A stretch of DNA of 64,000 nt. It comes from Chitinophagaceae bacterium. GTDB taxonomy: Bacteria; Bacteroidota; Bacteroidia; Chitinophagales; Chitinophagaceae. Of this stretch, positions 48,631 through 59,047 are shown in pieces. Where the stretch lies: positions 59,376-123,375 of the forward strand of contig JBKJMI010000118.1 in assembly GCA_046596515.1 (NCBI GenBank), read 5' to 3'. Position 1 is the first letter of the stretch. Every line of letters begins with the position of its first letter. Both the position numbers and the translations under genes were made by a program. The notes below the pieces were generated by a model. It searched no databases. It saw only the letters and a list, made by a program, of their open reading frames with translations, and was not told the origin of the DNA.

Positions 48631-49146
48631 ATGAACCTGGAATACAAAAATCTTCTCGACCCGAATTTTCATCCTGCCTCCCGTGTATGGATATACCAAA
48701 GCAGTCGCCTGTTTACTATAAGCGAAGCACTGGAAATTGAAGGTATACTCCGCGGTTTTAAAAATCAATGGCAATCACATGGAGCCAATGTAAAGAATGA
48801 ACTGCATCTACTATTCGGACAATTCATTGTGTTTATTGCGGATGAAACCTCTACAACCGTGGGTGGTTGCAGCACCGACAGTTCAGTAAGAGTGGTAAAG
48901 GAAATTGAGAAAAAATTCGCTGTCAACTTATTCGACCGGCAGACCCTGGCCTTCCTTATCAATGACAAGATCGAACTTTTGCCAATGGCGCAGATACCCT
49001 ATGCGTTGGAAAAAGGATTTTTGAAGGCAACTACTTTATACTTCAATAACCTCGCAGCTACTAAGAAAGAGCTGGAAGAAAAATGGATGATCCCTGTTTC
49101 TGAGAGCTGGCTGGCCAGCCGGTTTTCTGAGATCACTTCAGTTTAA
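48631..49146 (+). CDS. Conserved Bacteroidota hypothetical protein
   Basis: SRVWIYQSSR, WQSHGA, GGCSTDSSV, LFDRQ, YFNNL; no Walker motifs. Confidence 0.8.
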   Translation: MNLEYKNLLDPNFHPASRVWIYQSSRLFTISEALEIEGILRGFKNQWQSHGANVKNELHLLFGQFIVFIADETSTTVGGCSTDSSVRVVKEIEKKFAVNLFDRQTLAFLINDKIELLPMAQIPYALEKGFLKATTLYFNNLAATKKELEEKWMIPVSESWLASRFSEITSV

Positions 49147-51538
49147 TGAGCTTTTTCAGGTCAGGCTTCTTTGGCGTTTTACTAAAATTATAAGCTATAC
49201 TTAAGCGGTAATTACGCGTACGCGTAGTACTAAAACTTTCCGCAGTGAAATTTGTTCCGTAAGTAAAATTTCGGGTTTGTTGCTGCACAAACGGATCGAT
49301 ACTGTTTACCGTTACACTTAATTTTTTATGGAAAAATCTTCTCTGTATGCCCAGATTCATACTGGTAGTCCATCTTGCATAGCCCTGCGGATTTGCAAAG
49401 CGGTTAAAGTTCAGACTACCTGTAATGTTCCAAAGATCTGTCGGTGTGTAAATGGTATTAACATTGGATGTGAACGAACCACCATTCCTGAATTTCCTCA
49501 CGCTGCGATCGAATGAACTGTATTCACTATAAGTATAACTGGCACTTAAATTCAACTTGATCCTTTTTGATATTGTGAGGCCATTCCAGCTGCTTACTTC
49601 ATATTCTTTCCTTCCACTGATATTCTCCCATGTGATCTGTGTTTTTCCATCAGGCAATAAGGTTCGGACCTGGCTGAATATATCTTCAACTATATTATAT
49701 CCTGTACCGAGGTTTAAAAAATATTTGGGTTTGTTCCGGGCAAAGACCAGATCGAAATTATTTGAAGTAGAGGCTGTAAGTTTCTCATTTCCAAAACGAA
49801 CATTATAAGGATCAGAGAAATCAATGGTAGGGTTCAGTTCATTAATACCCGGACGGCGAATGCTTCTTTTGTATGCAAAAGTGATACTTAATTTTTCCTT
49901 CCAGGTTTTATTAATGTTTATAAAGGGCAACAGGGTCCAGTAATTATTTTTTACATCCCGGTTATCTTTCAGCAATTCGAACCAGATGGCAGTATGTTCT
50001 GCATTCAAGCCTGCTGTTACACTGAATTGGACACCCAGGAGTTGCCTGAGCGAAGCGCGATAATTGTTGACAGTCTGATGAAACCAGAAATCATTGCTGA
50101 GCAAATCCAGAGGAAGCATCACTCCTTCCGGCTTTTTTTTATAGCTGGCTTCAACATTTACATGGTTATTTGATCGGATATATCCGGATCCAAAAGAAAG
50201 ATTGGTTTTAGATTTTGCCAGCAGCCTGTCATAATTAAGCACCATATTTTGACCGTTGGTGCGATTATCCGTTAATTGTTCCTGTATTGAATCAGTTGTT
50301 GGATTTAATAATGGATCATAATACTGTTGAAAAAAATCACGATCTGATCCATTGCTTGAATAATTATAACTGCTGATGAACCGAAGGGTTTCACCCGGCC
50401 GGCCCTTCCATGTATACGTAAGACTAAATGAAGGGCTATAGGTTTGGCCGGTGGAATGAATATCACGTCTACTATATTTCCACAGGTCGCCATTCTTATT
50501 AATATTAGTATATCCTGTGCTGCTGAAATTATTATAATCGTTCTGATTATAGGAAGCGACCAAATTGAGAATATTATTTTTATTCAGATCGATATCCAAG
50601 TTGAATCGAAAATTGGGACGGGTGTTTCGATTCAGGAAGTCACTGGTTGTATTGAAATAATTAGAGGAGTCTGTATAAATATTGTGTCGGGTGGAATAGC
50701 CATTTCCTTTTAAGCGGTTGATGCCGGCACCGGCAGAAACGGTTAGGGCCAATCCTTTTTTACGATAATTAAAACTGGCGTTCACACTACCCTCTCCTCT
50801 GGTTCCTCCCGAAACATTTATTCGTCCACTCTTTCCCACCTTTCCTTTTTTTGTAACAATATTGATCACACCTCCCTGTTCATTCGCATATTGCGGCGGA
50901 GGGTTGGTCATTACTTCTATCTTTTCAATAGAAGAACCCGGCATTGATTCAAGCAGATCCTGTAATTGCTGCAGGTTAAGTTCTACTGGTTTATCATCAA
51001 TAAGAATCTTGGGCTCTTTACCACGGACCGTTATTTTTCCTTCAGAGTTTTTTGCTACCAATGGCACATTGGTTAGCAGATCGCTGGCATTACTTCCTGA
51101 AGCCAGGGCGGATTCACCCACATTGAAAGTTATATTACCGTCTTTGGATTGGATCAACGGCTTCTCTGCATAAATGATCACTTCATCCATCTGCTGGCTC
51201 AAACGGGTTTTCATCACAAGTTCATTCAGATTAAAATCATATCGCTCCGTTCTGAATGAAATAGAATCCAAATTCATGGTTTGAAGACCAACGTAGGAAA
51301 GCCGAAGACGGTAAAGGCCAAAAGGGATCTCAGTAAGAGTAAAAGATCCATCCTGATCGGAGCTACCGCGGAACCTCTTTGTACTATCATTCATCAGCAT
51401 TAACTCTACTGTGGCCCCGGTAATTGCTTTTTTAGATTCGTCGAGTATCGTGCCGGTGATAATGCCCGGATCTTTAGTCTGGGAAAAGACTGGTTGCAGA
51501 AGGCTTAGAAATAATAAAAAAAGTAAGGTTTTTTTCAA
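49133..51538 (-). CDS. TonB-dependent receptor / outer-membrane beta-barrel, same family as 14580..17204
   Basis: TTG start, signal peptide, FNVGES, ILIDDKP, IEKIEVMTNPP, GGVINIVTKK, RFGNEKL, YRLSIAYNF. Confidence 0.9.
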   Translation of the reverse strand: MKKTLLFLLFLSLLQPVFSQTKDPGIITGTILDESKKAITGATVELMLMNDSTKRFRGSSDQDGSFTLTEIPFGLYRLRLSYVGLQTMNLDSISFRTERYDFNLNELVMKTRLSQQMDEVIIYAEKPLIQSKDGNITFNVGESALASGSNASDLLTNVPLVAKNSEGKITVRGKEPKILIDDKPVELNLQQLQDLLESMPGSSIEKIEVMTNPPPQYANEQGGVINIVTKKGKVGKSGRINVSGGTRGEGSVNASFNYRKKGLALTVSAGAGINRLKGNGYSTRHNIYTDSSNYFNTTSDFLNRNTRPNFRFNLDIDLNKNNILNLVASYNQNDYNNFSSTGYTNINKNGDLWKYSRRDIHSTGQTYSPSFSLTYTWKGRPGETLRFISSYNYSSNGSDRDFFQQYYDPLLNPTTDSIQEQLTDNRTNGQNMVLNYDRLLAKSKTNLSFGSGYIRSNNHVNVEASYKKKPEGVMLPLDLLSNDFWFHQTVNNYRASLRQLLGVQFSVTAGLNAEHTAIWFELLKDNRDVKNNYWTLLPFININKTWKEKLSITFAYKRSIRRPGINELNPTIDFSDPYNVRFGNEKLTASTSNNFDLVFARNKPKYFLNLGTGYNIVEDIFSQVRTLLPDGKTQITWENISGRKEYEVSSWNGLTISKRIKLNLSASYTYSEYSSFDRSVRKFRNGGSFTSNVNTIYTPTDLWNITGSLNFNRFANPQGYARWTTSMNLGIQRRFFHKKLSVTVNSIDPFVQQQTRNFTYGTNFTAESFSTTRTRNYRLSIAYNFSKTPKKPDLKKLIKLK

Positions 51539-51666
51539 GACATTTATTGGACGATAAAGTTAAGTTTTGCTTGCTTAAAAACGTAACTAATTGGATGAAT
51601 GGAAATTAGAAAAATATTATGACATAAAAGAACTGACAACCTGTCGCAAATACCCCGGGTTTGTTT

Positions 51667-51674
51667 TATATTTG
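51667..51674 (+). promoter_or_regulatory. -7 box TATATTTG for miaB
   Basis: Exact TAnnTTTG, 38 nt upstream of the ATG. Confidence 0.5.
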
Positions 51675-51712
51675 TTCTCCCAAACTTTTAAAACAAAGAG
51701 GAAGATTTTCAA

Positions 51713-53131
51713 ATGCTTGATTTTGTGAAAGACAAGGTACAGGATGAGTCGCGGCAAGGCGAAGCATATTCTCCATTTCAGGTAGATCCGACAGCCTACC
51801 GGAAACGCTTTTATATAGAAAGTTATGGTTGCCAGATGAATTTCGCTGATAGTGAGATAGTAGCATCCATTTTAAATGGGGATGGATTTGGTGCTACAAG
51901 AAATCTGGAAGAAGCTGATCTGATTCTGATCAATACCTGTTCCATCCGTGAAAAAGCGGAACTAACTGTAAGGAAAAGGCTGACTGAATTCAAGAAATTA
52001 AAAAAGGCCCGAAAAGGAGTTTTGGTAGGTGTGCTGGGTTGTATGGCGGAACGTCTGAAAACACAATTGCTTGAAGAAGAGAAATTAGTCGATATGGTAG
52101 TGGGTCCGGATGCTTACCGTGCCCTTCCTGCTTTGATCATGGAAGCTGAAACCGGGCAAAAAGCCGTCAATGTATTATTGAGCAGAGAAGAAACGTATGC
52201 GGATATCTCACCAGTAAGATTAGATAGCAATGGTGTTAGTGCCTATGTTTCTATTATGCGCGGATGTAATAATATGTGTTCATTCTGCGTTGTACCCTTT
52301 ACACGTGGAAGAGAAAGAAGTCGTGACCTGAATTCAATTGTAAATGAATGCAGGGATCTTTTTGAAAAAGGATTTCGCGAAGTGACATTATTGGGACAGA
52401 ACGTGGATAGCTATTATTTTACAGATGAGCAGGGTCAAATAATAAATTTCGCGTATCTACTGGATAAGGTGGCCACCATCTCCCCTCTTCTGAGAGTCAG
52501 GTTTTCAACTTCCCATCCTAAGGATATTACAGATGAAGTGCTTTATACAATCGCCCGTCATCCAAACATCTGCAAATACATTCATCTTCCGGTGCAAAGC
52601 GGATCTAACAGGGTACTTCAGTTAATGAACAGAACCTATACACGCGAATGGTATAAAGGCAGAGTGGAATCAATTTGGAAAATTCTTCCCGGTTGCGGTA
52701 TCAGTGCCGACATCATTGCAGGATTCTGTACAGAGACTGAAGAAGATCATCAGCAAACAATGGAAATTATGGAGTATAGCAAGTACGACTATTGCTATAT
52801 GTTCTTTTATAGTGAAAGACCAGGCACATTGGCGCAGCGCCGTTTTATTGATGATATCCCTGAAGAAATTAAAAAAAGAAGGCTGGATGAGATCGTAAAA
52901 CTTCAGAACCGGCTTTCATTTGAAAGTAACAAAAGAGATCTTGGTACGATCAGCGAAGTGTTGATCGAAGGTGATAGCCGAAAAAGTGATAAAGATTGGA
53001 AGGGAAGAAATTCAAGAAATAAAGTAGTGGTTTTCCCTAAAGAGGAATACGATATTAAGAAAGGCGATTATGTAAACGTAAAGATCAACGATTGCACACA
53101 AGGAACTTTGTTAGGCAGTATTGTGAAGTAA
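51713..53131 (+). CDS. miaB: tRNA-2-methylthio-N6-dimethylallyladenosine synthase
   Basis: [30 protein letters not shown] radical-SAM motif, [15 protein letters not shown]-terminal TRAM domain. Confidence 0.97.
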   Translation: MLDFVKDKVQDESRQGEAYSPFQVDPTAYRKRFYIESYGCQMNFADSEIVASILNGDGFGATRNLEEADLILINTCSIREKAELTVRKRLTEFKKLKKARKGVLVGVLGCMAERLKTQLLEEEKLVDMVVGPDAYRALPALIMEAETGQKAVNVLLSREETYADISPVRLDSNGVSAYVSIMRGCNNMCSFCVVPFTRGRERSRDLNSIVNECRDLFEKGFREVTLLGQNVDSYYFTDEQGQIINFAYLLDKVATISPLLRVRFSTSHPKDITDEVLYTIARHPNICKYIHLPVQSGSNRVLQLMNRTYTREWYKGRVESIWKILPGCGISADIIAGFCTETEEDHQQTMEIMEYSKYDYCYMFFYSERPGTLAQRRFIDDIPEEIKKRRLDEIVKLQNRLSFESNKRDLGTISEVLIEGDSRKSDKDWKGRNSRNKVVVFPKEEYDIKKGDYVNVKINDCTQGTLLGSIVK

Positions 53132-53141
53132 AAAGAAGAAA

Positions 53142-54404
53142 ATGGAAATTCAAAGTATAAAGAACCGATTTGGAATTATTGGTAATTCACCAGCACTCAA
53201 TTATGCGTTGCAGGTGGCGATCCAGGTAGCCAATACGGATCTGACAGTATTAATAAACGGAGAAAGTGGTGTGGGTAAAGAAGTATTCTCATCCATTATT
53301 CATGCTTTGTCTTCAAGAAAACATAATCCATTCATTGCAGTGAATTGCGGGGCCATTCCGGAAGGAACAATTGATTCCGAACTTTTCGGACACGAAAAAG
53401 GGTCATTTACAGGGGCAGCCGATGCAAGAAAAGGTTATTTTGAATCAGTAAACAGCGGTACCATTTTCCTGGATGAGATCGGCGAGTTACCGTTGGGTAC
53501 ACAGGCTCGTCTTCTTCGTGTACTGGAAACCGGTGAATATATTAGAGTGGGCTCTTCAAAAGTGCAGAAAACGGATGTGCGCGTCATAGCAGCAACAAAT
53601 AAGGACCTGCTGCAACTGGTAGAGGCCGGTCGGGTCAGGGAAGATCTTTATTACCGTTTAAGTACAGTACCTATCCGGGTTCCGGCACTTCATGATCGTC
53701 CGGAAGACATTCATATTCTATTCAGAAAATTTGCAGCAGATTTTGCCGATAAATACAAAACGGTACCCGTTCAATTAGATGAAGAAGCCAAACATGTCTT
53801 AATAAACTATCCATGGCCCGGAAATGTGCGTGAACTTAAGAATATTGCGGAGCAGATATCTGTGCTGGCCCCCGAAAAACTGATCAATGCGAAGGAATTG
53901 AATAAATATCTTCAACCTTATTCCAGTAACAGGATGCCTGTTCTAGCTGGCCCTAAATCGGTACAGGGTCCTGAGTTCGCTAATGAAAGAGAGATCTTGT
54001 ACAAGTTATTTTTCGACATGAAGAAGGATGTGACTGAGCTCAAAAAAATGTTTGTGGAGGTTCTTCAAAATCCAGGTTTAGCGGCACAGCATTCGGGTTT
54101 TATGAATGAATTGCAGGAGACAGATAATTTCAGGCATAAGAATGGGAATAATGCAGATATTAATAATCTTAGTCCCGTAAGAGTGCAATCACAATTGCCA
54201 TCTTCCCAACCCGTGATCATGAATAACGATATTCATGACCATGTTGAAGTGGAGGAAAGCCTTAATATTATGGACAAGGAAAAAGAACTGATCATTAAAG
54301 CACTTAAGAAACATAAAAGCAAAAGGAAAGATGCGGCCATGGATCTGGGGATAAGCGAGAGAACATTATATAGAAAGTTGAAGGAATATGATATTGAGGA
54401 ATAA
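53142..54404 (+). CDS. Sigma-54-dependent enhancer-binding protein (AAA+ and Fis-type HTH), no N-terminal sensor
   Basis: GESGVGKE, VNCGAI, ELFGHEKGSFTGA, FLDEIGE, REDLYYRL, WPGNVREL, LGISERTLYRK. Confidence 0.93.
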   Translation: MEIQSIKNRFGIIGNSPALNYALQVAIQVANTDLTVLINGESGVGKEVFSSIIHALSSRKHNPFIAVNCGAIPEGTIDSELFGHEKGSFTGAADARKGYFESVNSGTIFLDEIGELPLGTQARLLRVLETGEYIRVGSSKVQKTDVRVIAATNKDLLQLVEAGRVREDLYYRLSTVPIRVPALHDRPEDIHILFRKFAADFADKYKTVPVQLDEEAKHVLINYPWPGNVRELKNIAEQISVLAPEKLINAKELNKYLQPYSSNRMPVLAGPKSVQGPEFANEREILYKLFFDMKKDVTELKKMFVEVLQNPGLAAQHSGFMNELQETDNFRHKNGNNADINNLSPVRVQSQLPSSQPVIMNNDIHDHVEVEESLNIMDKEKELIIKALKKHKSKRKDAAMDLGISERTLYRKLKEYDIEE

Positions 54405-54963
54405 ATTTTTAGTTAGACAGCCTGGTTTAAGAACCATCGTTCAGAGCAAAAAGCTTGTTTTTACATTACTTTTTGCTATGGTCATCGGTATGTTGTTTCT
54501 GACAAGCACTACAGGATGCAGGGTGTATAAATTCAATGAGGCCACCGTTCCGGATAGCATCAAAACGGTGAAGGTCCTCTATATTGAAAACAAGGCGCGA
54601 TATATCAATCCACAATTGAGTCCCAAATTATCAGACAAGCTAAGGCAAAAGATCATTTCGCAAACCCGTCTAACACTGACCAATAATGATAATGTAGATT
54701 GGGAAATTTCCGGCACGATTACGGATTATAGTTTCTCCACATCGGCAATTTCTAATCAGCAGGTAGTAAATAACCGGCTTACTGTAAGTGTACATATCAT
54801 TCTTAGTGATCATAAAGCTGATAAGACCACTGAATATGATGTGACAAGGAGTTTTGAATTTAAAGGGGATCTTTCATTTCAGCAGGCGGAAAATCAATTG
54901 GGGGATGAAATGATTCGTACCCTTACGGATGAAATTTTCAACCGCCTATTCTCCAACTGGTAA
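54388..54963 (+). CDS. lptE: LptE family lipoprotein
   Basis: Lipobox TTG-C, KTVKVLYIENKA, ISGTITDY, NRLTVSVH, EIFNRLFSNW; start uncertain. Confidence 0.75.
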   Translation: MILRNKFLVRQPGLRTIVQSKKLVFTLLFAMVIGMLFLTSTTGCRVYKFNEATVPDSIKTVKVLYIENKARYINPQLSPKLSDKLRQKIISQTRLTLTNNDNVDWEISGTITDYSFSTSAISNQQVVNNRLTVSVHIILSDHKADKTTEYDVTRSFEFKGDLSFQQAENQLGDEMIRTLTDEIFNRLFSNW

Positions 54964-54983
54964 TATCCCATTATATTGTAATT

Positions 54984-55634
54984 ATGAATGCGAGGATCGA
55001 CCAACTAGTTAGAACATTATTGCAAAAGGACACCCTTGAGCAATGTAGTCTTGCGGAACTCAGGGATTATGCTAATCGATTTCCATATTTCGGGGCAGCA
55101 CAGTTGCTTCTGACTAAAAAATTACAGGAAAATAACTTGGAAGAATACAAAGAAAACCTGCAGAGAACTTATAGTTTTTTTCATAACCCGTTATGGGTAG
55201 AAACTATATTGGAAGATAAGGGAACTGCTGTAGTTGAAACGGTGGCGGCTCCTGAAATAAAAGAAGAATTATTATTTGAACCATTTCATACGGTTGATTA
55301 TTTCGCCTCTCAGGGAATCAAACTCAGTGAAGAAGAAAAACCTCAGGATAAATTCGGCCAGCAGTTGCTAAGTTTCACTGAATGGTTGAAAACACTTCGA
55401 AAAACGCCAGCCGCTGAAGCCGGAGCCCAGATTCCAGCAATTGCCGAGAAAAAGGTCACTGAACTGGCCGAAAGTTCTCTTGCTGAGAAACAGGTACTCA
55501 CAGAAGCTATGGCAGAGGTCTGGGAAAAGCAGGGAAACTGGTCAAAAGCTATTGACATTTACCAGAAATTAAGTTTGCTCGAACCCGCTAAAAGCGCTTA
55601 TTTTGCAGCCAAAATCGACGTATTAAAGAAATAA
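54984..55634 (+). CDS. Conserved hypothetical protein with C-terminal TPR-like repeat
   Basis: FPYFGAAQLL, TEAMAEVWEKQG, KAIDIYQKLSLLEPAKSAYFA. Confidence 0.8.
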   Translation: MNARIDQLVRTLLQKDTLEQCSLAELRDYANRFPYFGAAQLLLTKKLQENNLEEYKENLQRTYSFFHNPLWVETILEDKGTAVVETVAAPEIKEELLFEPFHTVDYFASQGIKLSEEEKPQDKFGQQLLSFTEWLKTLRKTPAAEAGAQIPAIAEKKVTELAESSLAEKQVLTEAMAEVWEKQGNWSKAIDIYQKLSLLEPAKSAYFAAKIDVLKK

Positions 55635-55638
55635 GAAC

Positions 55639-56010
55639 ATGACTACCATTTTCATCATACTGATCATTATTTGCTCTGTTGCTCTGGGACTTATTGTATT
55701 GGTTCAGAACCCTAAAGGTGGCGGACTGGCTGGAAATATTGCCGGATTCAGCAATCAATTTATGGGTGTTAAACAGACAACGGATGTGCTGGAAAAAGGA
55801 ACATGGATCTTCGCCGGCCTTATTGCCGCTCTAAGCCTATTTTCTGTGATCTTTATTTCAAAAGCTGGTCCTAGTGCAGGTACAGGTGCCCCTGACCGTA
55901 CTAATGAAACCCGGAATGCTACCGTTCCATCAGTTCCAAATAATACAATTCCTGCTCCTACTAATTTGCCAGTAACTCCAACAACAACTACTGCCCCTGC
56001 GGGTAAATAA
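55639..56010 (+). CDS. secG: Preprotein translocase subunit SecG
   Basis: IVLVQNPKGGGL, GVKQTTDVLEKGTW; Pro/Thr-rich tail. Confidence 0.93.
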   Translation: MTTIFIILIIICSVALGLIVLVQNPKGGGLAGNIAGFSNQFMGVKQTTDVLEKGTWIFAGLIAALSLFSVIFISKAGPSAGTGAPDRTNETRNATVPSVPNNTIPAPTNLPVTPTTTTAPAGK

Positions 56011-56027
56011 AACTTATATAAAAATTT

Positions 56028-56052
56028 AAGCCCCGCACTCCGGGGCTTTTTT
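56028..56052 (+). terminator. Intrinsic terminator after secG
   Basis: AAGCCCCG-CACTC-CGGGGCTT followed by a T run. Confidence 0.85.
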
Positions 56053-56105
56053 GTTTGTACTATTCTCCTGAATTCTTTGCGTAAATTGCGATAACAGATC
56101 CTTCC

Positions 56106-57152
56106 ATGAGAAAATTCTTTCTTTTTTCCTTCCTCATCCTCCTGCTTGTGGCAGGCTTTTTTGCCTATAGTTTTTTTCGACCTGCAGTTCATAAGGGTGA
56201 TAACGATGGTCAATATCTGTACATCCGTAACGGAGAAGATATGGCTGGTTTAAAACAGGATCTTTCTGATCAGCATTATATTAATGGAGGTGGGTTTGAA
56301 CTGGTTTCACGCATTCTCAGATTTAAGAAACCAAGACCAGGACGATATAAAATTATGGATGGAATGAGTTTATTCCAGTTTGTAAGAATGTTGAAAAATG
56401 GAAGGCAGACTCCCGTACGCATTGTGATCATTAAAGAAAGAACAAAGGAAATTTTTGCCGGTCGGTTCGGAAAAGGCAAAAAATATGATGTTGAGTTTGA
56501 CTCGCTTCAAATGATTCAGTTTTTAAATAACCCCGATTCGCTTAAAAAATACGACCTGGATACTAATACTGTCATGGCGGCTATTATTCCACTTACATAT
56601 GAAACCAACTGGAACAACAATCCTTCGCGCCTGTTTAAACAATTTCATACTGCCTATAAAAATTTCTGGAACAAAGATCGCATGAATAAATGCGAAGAAA
56701 TAGGTTATGATCCCATCCAGGTAACAACGATCGCTTCTATAGTAGACGAAGAGACGAACCTGAAGGAAGATAAATACAAGATCGCTAGCACCTATCTCAA
56801 CCGACTTAAGATCGGTATGAAACTTCAGGCGGATCCGACAGTGAAATTTGCCTTGAAAGATTTTAGCTTAAGAAGGATCCTGCAAAAACATCTGGATGTC
56901 AATTCACCTTACAATACCTATCAACATACAGGTATACCTCCGGGACCTATATGTACTCCATCGGTTGAATCGATCGATGCTGTATTGAATGCTCCGGTTA
57001 CCGATTATATTTATTTTGTTGCCAGTGATCAGTTTGATGGCAGCAGTATTTTTACCAGTAATTTGGACGATCATCAGAAATATGCCAGGTTGTACCAAAA
57101 AGCACTTACTTGTAGATTGGATTCGATCAGTAAAGTAAGAGCCCCTAAATGA
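56106..57152 (+). CDS. mltG: Endolytic transglycosylase
   Basis: N-terminal TM, TIASIVDEET, YLNRLKIGMKLQADPT, SPYNTYQHTGIPPGPI, YIYFVA. Confidence 0.95.
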   Translation: MRKFFLFSFLILLLVAGFFAYSFFRPAVHKGDNDGQYLYIRNGEDMAGLKQDLSDQHYINGGGFELVSRILRFKKPRPGRYKIMDGMSLFQFVRMLKNGRQTPVRIVIIKERTKEIFAGRFGKGKKYDVEFDSLQMIQFLNNPDSLKKYDLDTNTVMAAIIPLTYETNWNNNPSRLFKQFHTAYKNFWNKDRMNKCEEIGYDPIQVTTIASIVDEETNLKEDKYKIASTYLNRLKIGMKLQADPTVKFALKDFSLRRILQKHLDVNSPYNTYQHTGIPPGPICTPSVESIDAVLNAPVTDYIYFVASDQFDGSSIFTSNLDDHQKYARLYQKALTCRLDSISKVRAPK

Positions 57153-58117
57153 ATATCATTGAAAAAATAGAAATCATCTTTCTACGACTCTGGCCGATTC
57201 GATTCATTATTCATAAAAGTAAATCCACCTCTTTTCCCGGATTCAGAGGAATTCCTATTTATGATGTAACAAAGTTTTTTTTCGGTCAGGTAAAAACGGT
57301 AGGTATGACTGAGAGAGCATCGGCTATTGCTTATAATTTTTTTATGGCCATCCCCCCTTCTTTGATCTTTTTATTCACTCTGATACCATTATTTCCTATC
57401 TCCCGTCAGTTTGAGCAGGAACTTTATAGTTTAATAAGAGATGTTATTCCGGGTGAAAAAAATAATTCCGTTCTCATTCAATTTCTAAAAGATTTTATCA
57501 ATAAACCAAGAACCGGATTACTTTCTATAGGTTTTTTACTTTCCGTGTTCTTTTCTTCGAACGCAGTAATGGGGATAATGCGTTCTTTTGATAAAAATTA
57601 TATAGGACTTAGAAAAAGAAAAGAACATCAAAAGCGCGGAGCCGCGTTAAAAATTACGATGGTATTATTTATACTCTTTCTTACTTCTATCTTACTATTA
57701 GTAGCCCAGGGAGAAGTATTGAGATGGATTGGTATTCGCAGCGCTGCCATCAGAAATTTCATTACTAATGTGCGCTGGGTAGTGATCCTGTTGCTATTTT
57801 TTGCCTCCATTTCTTATATCTACCGTCACGCACCTGCCGTTCACAAAAAATGGCGGCTGGTCAATCCCGGGTCCATTCTTGCTACTTTCCTGATGATCAT
57901 TTGCACGTTAGGCTTCACCTGGTATGTAAATCATTTTGGGCAATTCAACGAGCTTTATGGGTCAATAGGCACCGTGCTAATTCTTCTGATGCTTATATTC
58001 TCTAACTCACTGGTTCTCTTAATCGGTTTTGAACTGAATGTGAGCATTTCCACACTGAAAAAGATTGCCGATGACCGAAAGCAGAAAGAGGCAGGTGAGC
58101 AGGGAATTATAGCATGA
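57149..58117 (+). CDS. YihY/virulence factor BrkB family membrane protein
   Basis: AIAYNFFMAIPP, SSNAV, PGSILAT, YGSIGTVLILML, LLIGFELN. Confidence 0.9.
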   Translation: MNIIEKIEIIFLRLWPIRFIIHKSKSTSFPGFRGIPIYDVTKFFFGQVKTVGMTERASAIAYNFFMAIPPSLIFLFTLIPLFPISRQFEQELYSLIRDVIPGEKNNSVLIQFLKDFINKPRTGLLSIGFLLSVFFSSNAVMGIMRSFDKNYIGLRKRKEHQKRGAALKITMVLFILFLTSILLLVAQGEVLRWIGIRSAAIRNFITNVRWVVILLLFFASISYIYRHAPAVHKKWRLVNPGSILATFLMIICTLGFTWYVNHFGQFNELYGSIGTVLILLMLIFSNSLVLLIGFELNVSISTLKKIADDRKQKEAGEQGIIA

Positions 58118-58169
58118 GCGGGTGATTGATTTTTTATTGTAAATTCATACTTCAATTTAAAAAACAAAC

Positions 58170-58772
58170 ATGAAAAAATATTTCTCCCTGCTACCATTGG
58201 CCTTACTTGTTTTGGCTTTAAGTGGAAAAAGCAATATTCTTCCTATAGGCTCTCCTATTCCCAACCCGGAAGTGAAAATGAAAGATATATCTGGCAAGGA
58301 AGTTTCTTTTAAGGATGCCATGCAGAAAAACGGCCTGCTGGTCATGTTCAGTTGTAATACTTGTCCTGTGGTTAAGAGATACCAGGCCAGAAGCAATAAA
58401 CTTTGCAAATACGCTTCTGATAAACAGCTGGGTGTGATACTCCTGAATTCCAATGAAGGATATCGTGATAACGGTGATTCTTATGAGGATAGCAAGGTTT
58501 ATGGACAGCAGAATAAATATACCTGGCATTATGTAATGGATGACCACTCCAAAATGGCTGATGCTTTTGGAGCCAACCGTACACCTGAAATATTTCTATT
58601 TAACAGTGAGGGTAAGTTGGTTTATCATGGAGCTATTGATGATAACTCAGATAGTGAAGAAGGTGTAAAAAGACGCCACGCACAGATCGCGATAGATGAA
58701 TTACTGGGCGGTAAAGATATCAGCACCAAGGAGACCCATTCTGTTGGTTGTTCGATAAAGAGAAAAAGCTGA
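58170..58772 (+). CDS. Exported redoxin (AhpC/TSA-like thioredoxin fold)
   Basis: Signal peptide, FSCNTCPVV CxxC, FGANRTPE, YHGAIDD, GCSIK. Confidence 0.88.
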   Translation: MKKYFSLLPLALLVLALSGKSNILPIGSPIPNPEVKMKDISGKEVSFKDAMQKNGLLVMFSCNTCPVVKRYQARSNKLCKYASDKQLGVILLNSNEGYRDNGDSYEDSKVYGQQNKYTWHYVMDDHSKMADAFGANRTPEIFLFNSEGKLVYHGAIDDNSDSEEGVKRRHAQIAIDELLGGKDISTKETHSVGCSIKRKS

Positions 58773-58849
58773 TTTAAATTCCCTGAAATTTTCTCAGGAC
58801 TTTTTTATGGAAATATTATGACGGAGCATCTAAATCGAAACCGCTGTTT

Positions 58850-59047
58850 ATGTTCTATAACCACAATCTCCTGCGTATCCTTAGTATTGTCTTCATTGTA
58901 CTGATCGGCTACGCCCTGGCAAAAGCTTTTTACTATGGAAGTTTTTTAGGGATCATGCTGGCTCTGGTAAGCCTGTGTGCTGTTATTTATTTTTTCTTTA
59001 CCCTGAGCAGTATCAGAAAAGAGATCGAAAGAAACAAGGCTTATTGA
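58850..59047 (+). CDS. Small 2-TM protein (65 aa)
   Basis: Two hydrophobic helices with a basic tail; fills the intergenic space exactly. Confidence 0.6.
   Translation: MFYNHNLLRILSIVFIVLIGYALAKAFYYGSFLGIMLALVSLCAVIYFFFTLSSIRKEIERNKAY

Noticed and set aside
48631-49146. ABC-transporter ATPase label recalled for this family
   Set aside because: No Walker A/B or signature motif in 171 aa
58760-58800. TGA readthrough or selenocysteine in the redoxin genes
   Set aside because: Both CxxC motifs use normal Cys codons, the TGA falls at the natural C terminus, and no SECIS-like hairpin was seen
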